NCBI GenBank assembly: GCA_034678605.1 | Contig: JAXDBQ010000039.1 | Location: forward strand, 1,172 to 65,171 | Direction of reading: 5' to 3' | DNA from: Patescibacteria group bacterium | Lineage (GTDB): Bacteria; Patescibacteriota; Minisyncoccia; Minisyncoccales; UBA5738 | Length of the DNA stretch: 64,000 nt | Shown: one piece after another, positions 1 to 8,444 of the stretch | Layout of the letters: the number at the start of each line of letters is the position of its first letter | How positions within the stretch are numbered: position 1 is the first letter of the stretch | Notes under the pieces: generated by a model | What the model was told of the DNA's origin: nothing | The model's database searches: none | Seen by the model: only the letters and a program-made list of their open reading frames with translations | Position numbers and translations under genes: made by a program

Positions 1-888
1 GGCGGCGGCGGAGTGGCGTTTTGGACCGCGTTGAAGCTGTTGCGCGACGAGCAGTTCAAAAATGTTTTGGTGATGGCCGCGGAAAAATTGGTGGACAACC
101 GCGCCGAAGCGACCACGGATTATATTTTGTCGGCGGCCGAGCGGGTGATCGAACAGCCCGAAGGGCTTTTGTTTCCGGCGCAAAACGCGCTGGTGTTCCA
201 GCAGTACCAAAAAAAATACGGCGGCACGCACGAGGATCTGGAATTGATCGCGTTCAAGAACCATCAAAACGCGGTTGCCAACCCCAAGGCCTATTATTAT
301 CAGCGGTCGGTGCCGATGGAAAAAATAAAAGATTCGCCGATCGTGGCCGAGCCGCTGCGGCTTATGGATTGCTCGCTGTCGGTGAACGGCGGGGCCGCCG
401 CCATCATTTCAAAAGAACAGACCGATATCGAAGTTATCGGTTCGGGATTTGCCACGGATTATATTTTGACTTTCGAAAGGGAAGACCTCACTCATTTCAA
501 GGCCACGCAACTGGCGGCCAAAAAAGCATTTGAAATGGCGCAGTTAACACCCGACGATATCAATGTGGCCGAAGTGCATGACGCGTTCACATCGGTGGAG
601 TTGTTGTCGTATGAAGATCTGGGATTCGCGCAACCGGGCAAGGGCGGGGAGTTGATCCGTTCCGGAAAAATAAATATGGGCGGCGCAATGCCGGTGAATC
701 CTTCGGGCGGGCTCAAAGCCAAGGGCCATCCGATTTCGGCCACCGGCTTGGCGCAAATTTACGAGATCGCCAACCAGTTGCGCGGCAAATGCGGCGCGCG
801 CCAGGTGCCGGATGCAAAAATCGGCCTAACGCACAACATCGGCGGCGCCGGCGGCAGCGTAACCGTCCATATATTCAAGAAAAATTAA
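1..888 (+). CDS. Thiolase-superfamily acetyl-CoA C-acyltransferase, archaeal/SCP-x-like type (5' end outside window)
   Basis: The frame is open from base 1 to TAA at 886-888. C-terminal thiolase signatures are visible: AEVHDAFT, NPSGGLKAKGHPISATG, HNIGGAGG. A hairpin plus T-run follows at 911-944. Confidence 0.85.
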   Translation, partial: GGGGVAFWTALKLLRDEQFKNVLVMAAEKLVDNRAEATTDYILSAAERVIEQPEGLLFPAQNALVFQQYQKKYGGTHEDLELIAFKNHQNAVANPKAYYYQRSVPMEKIKDSPIVAEPLRLMDCSLSVNGGAAAIISKEQTDIEVIGSGFATDYILTFEREDLTHFKATQLAAKKAFEMAQLTPDDINVAEVHDAFTSVELLSYEDLGFAQPGKGGELIRSGKINMGGAMPVNPSGGLKAKGHPISATGLAQIYEIANQLRGKCGARQVPDAKIGLTHNIGGAGGSVTVHIFKKN

Positions 889-910
889 TTTTTTGGTTTG
901 CGGATCAAAA

Positions 911-944
911 ATTACACAGGTTCCACCTGTGTAATTTTGTTTTG
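911..944 (+). terminator. Intrinsic terminator after the thiolase gene
   Basis: attacacagg / cctgtgtaat forms a 10-bp stem with a 5-nt loop, followed by tttgtttt. Confidence 0.7.
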
Positions 945-1041
945 GGCGCGATATAAAAAGAGAAAAAACCAACACTAGTTCCAAAAAAATTTTAAAATTT
1001 GGTTAAAGTTGTTGGTTCAATAGGCGGTCGCGAGACACACA

Positions 1042-1509
1042 CTAGAATGCCGGGCGCACAGAACCGCTACTCACGCCGGTCGGAAAGACTTGGGTCTCAA
1101 TCTGTTCCAGCGTGGAAGCGATCCGGGTGGCAGCGTCGGCGAATATTGATCTTTGGCGCCTCATGGTCATGCCGCTCTGGGATCTCAGATTTCTGGTAAC
1201 GAATCCAGTCATGGCTGCGGTTCGGGCTGGTGCGAGCAGAGCAGAGAAGCGATGAGAGATTTCAGCAGATCTTACTATTAAATAGTCCTCCATGTAGTCG
1301 GCCAAAGCCAGCAGATTGCAGAATAGTCCATCAAATGATACAGATCTTATTCTAGATCCAAAGCCAATTCTCCCCCCGTTATTCAAGCGTGCGTCGGGTG
1401 GAGCGGCTAATCCGATTGGCAGCGCGATAGCAACAATAGCATCTTTGTTGATCTTGAGGACCAGTAGGAGTGCTATCAAAGAAGATGCCAATATCAGAAG
1501 GTTTATCAT
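1042..1509 (-). CDS. Hypothetical membrane-anchored protein
   Basis: ATG at 1509 (MINLLILASSLIALLLVL, an N-terminal TM helix) is preceded by a strong SD, aaggaggt. I recognise no family. The upstream extension to 1575 in the ORF track is unlikely. Confidence 0.5.
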   Translation of the reverse strand: MINLLILASSLIALLLVLKINKDAIVAIALPIGLAAPPDARLNNGGRIGFGSRIRSVSFDGLFCNLLALADYMEDYLIVRSAEISHRFSALLAPARTAAMTGFVTRNLRSQSGMTMRRQRSIFADAATRIASTLEQIETQVFPTGVSSGSVRPAF

Positions 1510-1713
1510 CGTAACCTCCTTTGGCGCAGTTTCGTTGACAGGCAATGCTGCGTTCCTTACCGAGTGCCTTTGCAAGGCGGTAAGTAATGGCGCGAAAGAC
1601 TCTTATCAAAAAGATCCTTGGCGCCACAACTTACCGATGTTGATTTTTTAAAGGGCGTTTAAAACTATTTACCAAATTTATCTTTGGGCGTCAACGGCAG
1701 ATTGCGTTTCGTA

Positions 1714-1837
1714 TTTATTCTCCCTTTGGAAAAGGGAGCACTTTTGAGCAAAGCAAAAGGAGGGATTTGAAATTTAAATTGAAAAATCCTCCGTCCCGCC
1801 GCGGCGGGACACCTCCTTTTCCAAAGGAGGAATAAAT
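1714..1837. repeat. Composite multi-hairpin region with outer inverted arms and four internal stem-loops
   Basis: Outer arms atttattctccctttggaaaagggag and cacctccttttccaaaggaggaataaat are mutually complementary. Internal hairpins are cttttg/caaaag, ggagggattt/aaatcctcc, and the perfect palindrome gtcccgccgcggcgggac. Confidence 0.6.
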
Positions 1838-1847
1838 GCAAAAGGCA

Positions 1848-2357
1848 TTATTTTGGTAATGATTTTTCAACGGTGAAGAATTTTTTGAGGGCTAATCTAA
1901 AGATGGTTTTGTTTTTGAGGTTGGCGTCGATGAGGCAGATGCCTTTGTTGGGGAAGCCGTATACGACCAAGGTTTTGGGTTTGGCCAGGATCACCGCCGG
2001 GATCACCAGCAGGTCCTCTTCGCCGTCAACGCACAGGTTAGCCCTGTCTTTGATGGTTTGTCGCACGGCTTCCCAGCTTTGCTTTTGGATGGTGCCGGCC
2101 GGATTTTTGACGTTGATCGAGCAGGCGTGCTTTTGGTCAAAGTCGCGGCGCTGGACTTTTTTGTCGAATATTTTAATATCGGATTGCAGATGGTGCGAGC
2201 AATAATCGCCCACGGTGACCACGGTTTTGTATTTCTTCTTAGCAATTATTTTTTGGTAGCGGGCGATGATATCGACTTCATCGCCGAACAGCGCCTTGCC
2301 CCAGATCTTTTGCATGCGCGGCCGGTTTTTTTCTGGCAAAATATAGGTTTTTGGCAT
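1848..2357 (-). CDS. DUF359-family protein, archaeal-type GTP-dependent dephospho-CoA kinase-like
   Basis: 169 aa. It carries TVGD...(H) and VDGEEDLLVIPAVILAKP, which match my recollection of the DUF359/COG1909 signature (GEEDL..P). Confidence 0.6.
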   Translation of the reverse strand: MPKTYILPEKNRPRMQKIWGKALFGDEVDIIARYQKIIAKKKYKTVVTVGDYCSHHLQSDIKIFDKKVQRRDFDQKHACSINVKNPAGTIQKQSWEAVRQTIKDRANLCVDGEEDLLVIPAVILAKPKTLVVYGFPNKGICLIDANLKNKTIFRLALKKFFTVEKSLPK

Positions 2358-2369
2358 ATACTAAACAAT

Positions 2370-2545
2370 AAATTCGAAGCACGAATAGAACGGCTTGGCC
2401 GTTTCTGAAAATTTTAATTAATTTTCAGAACGAAATTCGAAACAATATCGAATTTTCAAAATTCAAATGTTTGAAACGGAATTTCGTTTTTGAGTTTTGA
2501 AAATTTGAAAATTCGGATTTGTTTCGATATTCGAAATTCGATATT
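2370..2545. repeat. Word-hairpin family A (cgaatat/cgaaatt words), copy A1
   Basis: It begins aattcgaagcacgaata. Arms cgaaattcgaaacaatatcgaattttcaaaattcaaatg and ttgaaaatttgaaaattcggatttgtttcgatattcgaaattcg are complementary. It contains extra mini-hairpins (aacggcttggccgtt; ttctgaaaatt..aattttcagaa). Confidence 0.8.
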
Positions 2546-2589
2546 AGCAAATAAAAATTATTCTGATAAAATCATTTTATCACAAAATT

Positions 2590-3612
2590 ATGTTTTATAT
2601 TTGTTCAAAATGCAAGCGGCGGTGGCAGTATCCGCTGGCCGAATGCCCGCATTGCTTGGTGGCGTTGGAAAAAATGGAAAGCAAAACCGCCAAAGTAGCC
2701 GGCGCGGTGAAAGTGGCGATCCCGACCTTGTTCCACCCAAATGTGCCGTATCATGTTTTGCTGCTGGAAGACGAAAATGGCAATTTGTGGGGGCACAAGT
2801 CGGAAAGGGAATACAAGGCCGGGGATATCATCGATTTCGAACCGAATCCCGAGGCCGTGGCGATCTGGCGGGTTAAATTTGATGTTGCCGAGGCGATAAA
2901 CAAGACCTTGGAACTTATCGGCAGCATCAAGATCGGCCAAAACCCAAAGATCGCGGTGTTGCCGACCTTGGTAAAACCCAGCCATGCCTATTTTCGCGAC
3001 AATACCTCGCCGGAGTTTTTGGCTGCGGTTTTGGAAGTTTTGCTGGCCAAGGGCGCAAAAAAGGAGAATATTATCGTTGCCGGCCAAAGTTTTGACGATA
3101 TGCCCGCGGCCGCGATCGCGCAAAAATCCGGACTGTTGGACGCGTGCCAAAAATTCGGCATTCTTCCGCGCGATTTGAGCGCCGGCGAATTTGAAAAAAC
3201 AAACAAATTCGAGATCGCCAAAGACATTCTCGGCGCGGATCTGATCGTGAATTTGGCCATGGAAAAGATCGGCCAGGCGGGCGCGGCGGCAAATTTGTTG
3301 AGAATTTTGAAAAAAGAAAATTATTTGGGGCAAAAATATCTTTCGTCGGAAGCCCAGATCATCGCGGAGCTGGCGCCGATATTAAAAGAAAAATTGGTCG
3401 TTATCGGCGAAGCCGAAAACGTCCAGCGTTCGAACAAATTAACTTGTTTTGCCGGATTGGTTTTGGCGTCAAAGTCGCCGGTTGATGTTGACCGAGTGTT
3501 TAACGAAATCGCGCAGTCGTTTAAAATGCCGGAAACCATTAAGAACGCCCAGTTGCCTCGCGTTGCCGGCCGGAGCATTAGGGAAGTGCAGTATCAAGCC
3601 GAAATCTTTTAA
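2590..3612 (+). CDS. Fusion protein: N-terminal DUF35-like Zn-ribbon/OB fold plus C-terminal DUF362-like domain
   Basis: The N-terminus has CSKC...CPHC followed by a beta-rich segment (VPYHVLLLEDENGNLWGH..AGDIIDFE), typical of thiolase-associated DUF35. The remainder (KIAVLPTLVKPSHAYFRDNTSPEFLAAVLEVLLAKGAKKENIIVAGQSF) resembles DUF362. Confidence 0.55.
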   Translation: MFYICSKCKRRWQYPLAECPHCLVALEKMESKTAKVAGAVKVAIPTLFHPNVPYHVLLLEDENGNLWGHKSEREYKAGDIIDFEPNPEAVAIWRVKFDVAEAINKTLELIGSIKIGQNPKIAVLPTLVKPSHAYFRDNTSPEFLAAVLEVLLAKGAKKENIIVAGQSFDDMPAAAIAQKSGLLDACQKFGILPRDLSAGEFEKTNKFEIAKDILGADLIVNLAMEKIGQAGAAANLLRILKKENYLGQKYLSSEAQIIAELAPILKEKLVVIGEAENVQRSNKLTCFAGLVLASKSPVDVDRVFNEIAQSFKMPETIKNAQLPRVAGRSIREVQYQAEIF

Positions 3613-3761
3613 AAAATATCGAATATCGAATATCGAAATTCGAAACAATATCGAATTTTCAAAATTCAAATGCTTGAAACGGAATTCCGTTTTAAATATT
3701 TGAAAATTATAATTTAGAATTTGTTTTGATATTCGAAATTCGGATTTCGAATTTGATAATT
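3613..3761. repeat. Word-hairpin family A, copy A2
   Basis: It fills the whole spacer between 3612 and 3762. Sequence runs atcgaatatcgaatatcgaaattcgaaacaatatcgaattttcaaaattcaaatg ... tttgttttgatattcgaaattcggatttcgaatttg. Confidence 0.8.
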
Positions 3762-4511
3762 ATGGGTAAACAATTTGAAAACAAGGTAGTGCTGGTGACC
3801 GGGTCATCGCAGGGGATCGGCAAGGCGATTGCGGTTAAGTTCGCGGGGTTGGGCGCCAAAATCGCGCTCAACGATATTTCGTTCCAAGAAGAGACTCTCA
3901 AAAAGACAAAAGAAGAAATTGCCGCGCTGGGCGCGGAGGCGGAATATTTCATCGCCGATGTTTCAAAATACGAAGACGTGGAAAAAATGATGGCCGCGGT
4001 TGAACAAAAATTCGGCCGTTTGGATATTTTAGTTAACAGCGCCGGAATTACCAAAGACAGAACTTTGGCCAAAATGACCGTGGAAGAATGGCAAAAAGTG
4101 ATTGACGTGAATTTAACCAGCGTTTTTAATTGTTCGAAATTGGCGTTGCCGATGATAATCGCCAATCAGGGGAATATCGTGAGTATTTCGTCGTTTTCGG
4201 CGTTGCGCGGTAATTTCGGCCAAACGAATTATGACGCGGCCAAGGCCGGCATAATCGGTTTCACTAAAACCTTGTCAAAAGAAGTGGGCAAATTTGGCGT
4301 GCGCGTCAACGCGGTGGCGCCCGGATTTATCGAATCAAAAATGACCGACGCGATGCCCGAAGAAGTGAAAACGATGGTTAAAAAATTAATTTCGCTGGGT
4401 CGCACCGGCAAGCCCGAAGAAGTGGCGGCCGTGATTGCGTTTTTGGCTTCCGATGAGGCAAGTTATATCACGGGCAATGTGGTGAATATCGATGGCGGCT
4501 TGTGGCTGTAG
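3762..4511 (+). CDS. fabG: 3-oxoacyl-[acyl-carrier-protein]/acyl-CoA reductase, SDR family (FabG-like)
   Basis: TGSSQGIGKAIA glycine-rich loop, NSAG, and Y..AK (NYDAAKAG) catalytic motif. ATG at 3762; the track start at 3726 lies inside repeat A2. Confidence 0.9.
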   Translation: MGKQFENKVVLVTGSSQGIGKAIAVKFAGLGAKIALNDISFQEETLKKTKEEIAALGAEAEYFIADVSKYEDVEKMMAAVEQKFGRLDILVNSAGITKDRTLAKMTVEEWQKVIDVNLTSVFNCSKLALPMIIANQGNIVSISSFSALRGNFGQTNYDAAKAGIIGFTKTLSKEVGKFGVRVNAVAPGFIESKMTDAMPEEVKTMVKKLISLGRTGKPEEVAAVIAFLASDEASYITGNVVNIDGGLWL

Positions 4512-4547
4512 AAATGTAGAGTGTAAAGCGAAAAGTGTAAAGCGAAA

Positions 4548-5765
4548 ATGAAAAAAGCGATCGACAAAGTTTTGCGAAAATTAAGCGGCCGATGTCCGCA
4601 AACGCCTTTCGCGGCGGAGTTTTGGGATGGCGGCGTGAAACATTACGGCCAAGGTTTTGGGAAATTCAAGATCGTTTTTCGGTCGGAAGCCGCGGTCAAA
4701 AAAATTTTGCGCGGTGGGTCGCTGGTTTTCGGCGAAGAATTCGCCGTGGGGAATATCGAGGTGAGCGGCGATTTGCAGGCGATGCTGGGAATGTATGACC
4801 AATGGCAAAATGTCGGCGGCAGGATCGGGTTCAGGGCAACGGTGCGAATATTGTGGAACCAAATGATTTCCCGGCACACGATCGCCGGCGCTAAAAGCAA
4901 CGTCCGGCGGCATTATGATATCGGCGACCGGTTTTATTCGATTTGGCTTGATCCGGCAATGACTTATTCGTGCGCGTATTTTAAAAACGAAGGCGATCCG
5001 CTGGAAACCGCGCAAAACAACAAATACGAGCATATCTGCCGCAAATTGAGGTTGAAAGAAGGGGAATCGCTGGTTGATATCGGCTGTGGCTGGGGCGGGA
5101 TGATGTTTTTTGCCGCCAAAAAATACGGCGCCAAATGCGTTGGCTACACTTTGTCGAAAAACCAATACGAACATATCCAAAGAAAGATAAAATCCGAAGG
5201 ATTGGAATCCTTGGTCGAAGTGCGCTTGGAGGATTACTGCAAGGCGCAGGGATTGTTCGATAAATTCGTTTCCATCGGGATGTTCGAGCATGTCGGCAAA
5301 AGATATCAAAAAAAATTTTTCGATGTGGCAAAAAAGATCTTAAAACCGCGAGGAATTGGCCTTTTGCATACGATCGGCAATGATCTGGACAAACCCACGG
5401 ATCCATGGATCGAAAGATATATTTTTCCGGGTGGTTATATTCCGCCGCTTGGCATGACCGTCGAAAGTATGGCCAAAGCCGGAATGGTTTATTACGATAT
5501 CGAGGATTTGCGCGTGCATTATGCCAAAACATTGGACGCGTGGATCGCTAATTTCGAAAATAATTTGGACAGAATAAAAGACGTGCTGGCCGCGGATTTG
5601 AAAGACCGGAAAAAAGCCGAAAATTTCATCCGCATGTGGCGGCTTTATTTGAACGGCAGCGCGGTATCGTTCAAAAACGGCGGCAACCGGCTTTACCAGA
5701 TACTTTTCACCAACGGTGTTAACAACAATTTGCCGCTCACGCGGGATTATATGTATTCGGTTTAA
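4548..5765 (+). CDS. cfa: Cyclopropane-fatty-acyl-phospholipid synthase family SAM methyltransferase
   Basis: VDIGCGWGGMMFFAAKKYGAKCVGYTLSKNQ, SIGMFEHVG and GGYIPP are typical CMAS-family motifs. Confidence 0.9.
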   Translation: MKKAIDKVLRKLSGRCPQTPFAAEFWDGGVKHYGQGFGKFKIVFRSEAAVKKILRGGSLVFGEEFAVGNIEVSGDLQAMLGMYDQWQNVGGRIGFRATVRILWNQMISRHTIAGAKSNVRRHYDIGDRFYSIWLDPAMTYSCAYFKNEGDPLETAQNNKYEHICRKLRLKEGESLVDIGCGWGGMMFFAAKKYGAKCVGYTLSKNQYEHIQRKIKSEGLESLVEVRLEDYCKAQGLFDKFVSIGMFEHVGKRYQKKFFDVAKKILKPRGIGLLHTIGNDLDKPTDPWIERYIFPGGYIPPLGMTVESMAKAGMVYYDIEDLRVHYAKTLDAWIANFENNLDRIKDVLAADLKDRKKAENFIRMWRLYLNGSAVSFKNGGNRLYQILFTNGVNNNLPLTRDYMYSV

Positions 5766-5866
5766 AAATGGTATAATCAATTTGCCGGCGGTTGCGTTGC
5801 CGTTTTTTTCGTGGTAAAAACGAATTTGATTGAGCCAAAAGTTAAAGTGAAAAGTTTTTAAAATTC

Positions 5867-7393
5867 ATGCTTTACAATAAAGAACAAATAAAACAATTGA
5901 TTCCTTACGATGACCCGTTTTTGTGGGTGGACGAGATTGAAAGCATCGCCGGCGATGTGATCGTGGGGCATAAGCAAACGCTGTCATTGGACCCTTATTT
6001 CAAGGGGCATTTCGTGGACTTTCCGATTATGCCCGGAGTGTTAGTGGTGGAAGGCATCGCCCAAACCGGCACTTTGCTTTTGCGCACCAAGCTTGGCAAT
6101 GATCACAAAAACAAGCATCTTTTGGCTTATCAAGTGCGCGGGGCGCAATTTTTGTCTCCGATATTGCCGGGAGATCGAATAAAATATCGGGTGCAGTTGC
6201 TTGGATTCTATGAAAACAAGATTGCCAATTTCGTGGGCGAGGCGTCGGTTGACGACGTTTTGAAATGCGAGGTTCGGTTTTCGGTGGCGATCATGGACAA
6301 AGAAGAGATGAAAAAAAATTTCACCCGCAACGCGGCCCAAAGCGCGGCGGCCTCGGCCGATTCCATCCAAAAAGCGGAAACAAAATTATATTCTCTGCCG
6401 CCGTTGAATATCGGGCGTTGGACGGCTAAATATCCCATTATCCAAGGGGGGATGGCGGTGCGCGTTTCTTTGCATAATTTGGCGGGCAACGTTGCCAAAG
6501 AAGGCGGCGTGGGCATTGTGGCCGTGTCGGGAATGAAAGATCCGCAAGAAGCCAAAGATGAGATCGCCAAAGCGCGCGCGATCGCCGGCAAAGACGGCGT
6601 AATCGGCATCAATATCATGGGCGTGGTGGGGCGCTTCCAGCAATTGGTACGGGCGGCGGTTGAATCAAAAGTGGATCTGATCATCCAGGGAGCGGGGTTT
6701 CGAACTGATATTTTTGAGATTGCCCGCGAAGGTAATGTGCCGGTGGTTTCGTTGGCATCATCGGCAAAGGTGGCTAAAAAGGCCGAAGCCGCGGGCGCGG
6801 CGGCGGTGATCGCCATCGGGGCCGACGCGGCCGGTCATCTTGGTTTTCCGCATGGCATTCCGTTTCGCAAGACGATCGATATTCTTAAAGAGATCGCGGC
6901 GTCGGGCATTAAAATCCCGATTTTGGCCGCGGGCGGAATTTTCACCGGCGCCGACATTGTGGAAATGATGCGCGCCGGCGCGGCGGGGGTGCAATTGGGC
7001 ACCCGTTTTGTTTCCACTGAGGAATGCGATGCCGACGCGCGTTTCAAGCAAGCGCATATCAATGCCACAAAAGAGGACAGCATTATTATCCATTCGCCGG
7101 TGGGGTTGCCGGGGCGGGCGATTCGCACGCCGTTTTCAGACAAAGTGGCGGCCGGCACCGCGCCCAAGCCGAACCCCGCCGAGTGCCAGGGTTGCATCGG
7201 GCCGGTGTGCGATAAGAGTTATTGCATCCTTAAGGCCTTGGAAAACGCGCGCAAGGGAGATATCGAAAACGGGATCGTTTTTGCCGGCACCAATGTTTGG
7301 CGAGTGAACAAAATTTACAAAGTAAAAGACCTGATTAAGGAGCTGGTTGATGAAGCCAACGCCATCTTAAAAGAAAACCCGCTAATCATTTAA
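5867..7393 (+). CDS. Fusion of FabZ-like hot-dog dehydratase (N-terminus) with FabK/nitronate-monooxygenase-type FMN enoyl reductase (C-terminus)
   Basis: Residues about 1-150 carry FLWVDEI..., YFKGHFVDFPIMPGVLVVEGIAQTG (FabZ active-site region). From about residue 190 come YPIIQGGMAVRVS ... AAGGIFTGADIVEMMRAGAAGVQLGTRF (FabK/NPD TIM barrel). Confidence 0.8.
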   Translation: MLYNKEQIKQLIPYDDPFLWVDEIESIAGDVIVGHKQTLSLDPYFKGHFVDFPIMPGVLVVEGIAQTGTLLLRTKLGNDHKNKHLLAYQVRGAQFLSPILPGDRIKYRVQLLGFYENKIANFVGEASVDDVLKCEVRFSVAIMDKEEMKKNFTRNAAQSAAASADSIQKAETKLYSLPPLNIGRWTAKYPIIQGGMAVRVSLHNLAGNVAKEGGVGIVAVSGMKDPQEAKDEIAKARAIAGKDGVIGINIMGVVGRFQQLVRAAVESKVDLIIQGAGFRTDIFEIAREGNVPVVSLASSAKVAKKAEAAGAAAVIAIGADAAGHLGFPHGIPFRKTIDILKEIAASGIKIPILAAGGIFTGADIVEMMRAGAAGVQLGTRFVSTEECDADARFKQAHINATKEDSIIIHSPVGLPGRAIRTPFSDKVAAGTAPKPNPAECQGCIGPVCDKSYCILKALENARKGDIENGIVFAGTNVWRVNKIYKVKDLIKELVDEANAILKENPLII

Positions 7394-7497
7394 GTCAAAA
7401 ATCAAAAGTCAAAAGCCAAAATTTAAAGTTAAAAGTTAAAAAATTATTAATTGTAGTTTTGACTTTTGAGATTTAACTTTTGACTTTAATTTGAAAT
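7394..7497. repeat. Word-hairpin family D (aaagtca/aaagtta words)
   Basis: gtcaaaaatcaaaagtcaaaagccaaaatttaaagttaaaagttaaaaaa ... tagttttgacttttgagatttaacttttgactttaatttg. The arms are complementary. Confidence 0.75.
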
Positions 7498-8439
7498 ATG
7501 TTCGAGAATAACAAACTCACAAAACTTTTGGGAATTAAATACCCGATCATCCAAGGGGGGATGGCCGGCGTTTCGGAATCAATATTGACGGCGGCAGTTT
7601 CCAATGCCGGCGGCATGGGCGTGATTGGTTCGGGGTTCGCGTCGCCTGAATGGTTGGCCGAGGAAATTAAAAAAACAAAAAAGTTGACCGATAAGCCGTT
7701 TGGCGTGAATCTTTTGATGCAAAATCCCAAGGCGGCGGATTTGGTGGAAATTATCATTAAAGAAAAAGTGGCGGCGGTGTGGACCGGCGGGGGCAATCCG
7801 GTGCCGGTGATGCCTTATCTCAAACGCGCCGGCATCAAAGTGATTCCGGTGGTGCCTTATGTTCGCTTGGCGGCCAAAATGGAGCAATCCGGCGCCGACG
7901 CGGTGGTGGTGGAGGGGCTGGAATCCGGCGGCCATATTGGCGAAAGCACCACGATGTGTTTGGTGCCGCAAGCGGCTCATGCCGTGAAAACTATTCCGGT
8001 GATCGCGGCGGGCGGGATATATGACGGCAAAACATTCGCGGCGGCGCTGGTTTTGGGCGCGGCGGGCGCGCAGATCGGTACGCGGTTTTTGGCGGCGGTT
8101 GAATGCCAAATACACGAAAGCTATAAAGAAGCGGTGGTTAATGCCAATGACGAGAATATCGCGGTGGTGGCGCGTTTCACCGGCCATCCGGTGCGGATGA
8201 TCAAAAATAAATTCGTGGACGCGGTGCGCAAGATCGAAGCCAAAAATCCGTTTCCGGAGGAGATTAAATCCGAGCGGTTTGCCGGCAACAAAGGCGGCGC
8301 CAACGCGGACTTGTCGGCGCTGCTGTGCGGCACGTGCGCCGGTGGCATCCGCCAGATCAAAACCTGCCAAGAGATCATTGACGAGATCATTGGCGACGCG
8401 CAAAAAATATTGGAAGGCGGCGCGTCGCTGCTTGGATAA
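7498..8439 (+). CDS. fabK: Enoyl-[ACP] reductase II (FabK-type, FMN-dependent)
   Basis: It is collinear with streptococcal FabK as I remember it: YPIIQGGMAGVSESILTAAVSNAGGMGVIGSG, DKPFGVNLL, VIPVVP, EGLESGGHIG, IPVIAAGGI, GAAGAQIGTRF. Confidence 0.85.
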   Translation: MFENNKLTKLLGIKYPIIQGGMAGVSESILTAAVSNAGGMGVIGSGFASPEWLAEEIKKTKKLTDKPFGVNLLMQNPKAADLVEIIIKEKVAAVWTGGGNPVPVMPYLKRAGIKVIPVVPYVRLAAKMEQSGADAVVVEGLESGGHIGESTTMCLVPQAAHAVKTIPVIAAGGIYDGKTFAAALVLGAAGAQIGTRFLAAVECQIHESYKEAVVNANDENIAVVARFTGHPVRMIKNKFVDAVRKIEAKNPFPEEIKSERFAGNKGGANADLSALLCGTCAGGIRQIKTCQEIIDEIIGDAQKILEGGASLLG

Positions 8440-8444
8440 AAAAT

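Noticed and set aside
999-1651. Plus-strand ORFs 999-1199 and 1316-1651 lie in the region after the thiolase.
   Set aside because: The minus-strand ORF with a strong aaggaggt SD and an N-terminal TM helix (1042-1509) is the better model. The plus-strand ORFs have no RBS and odd composition.
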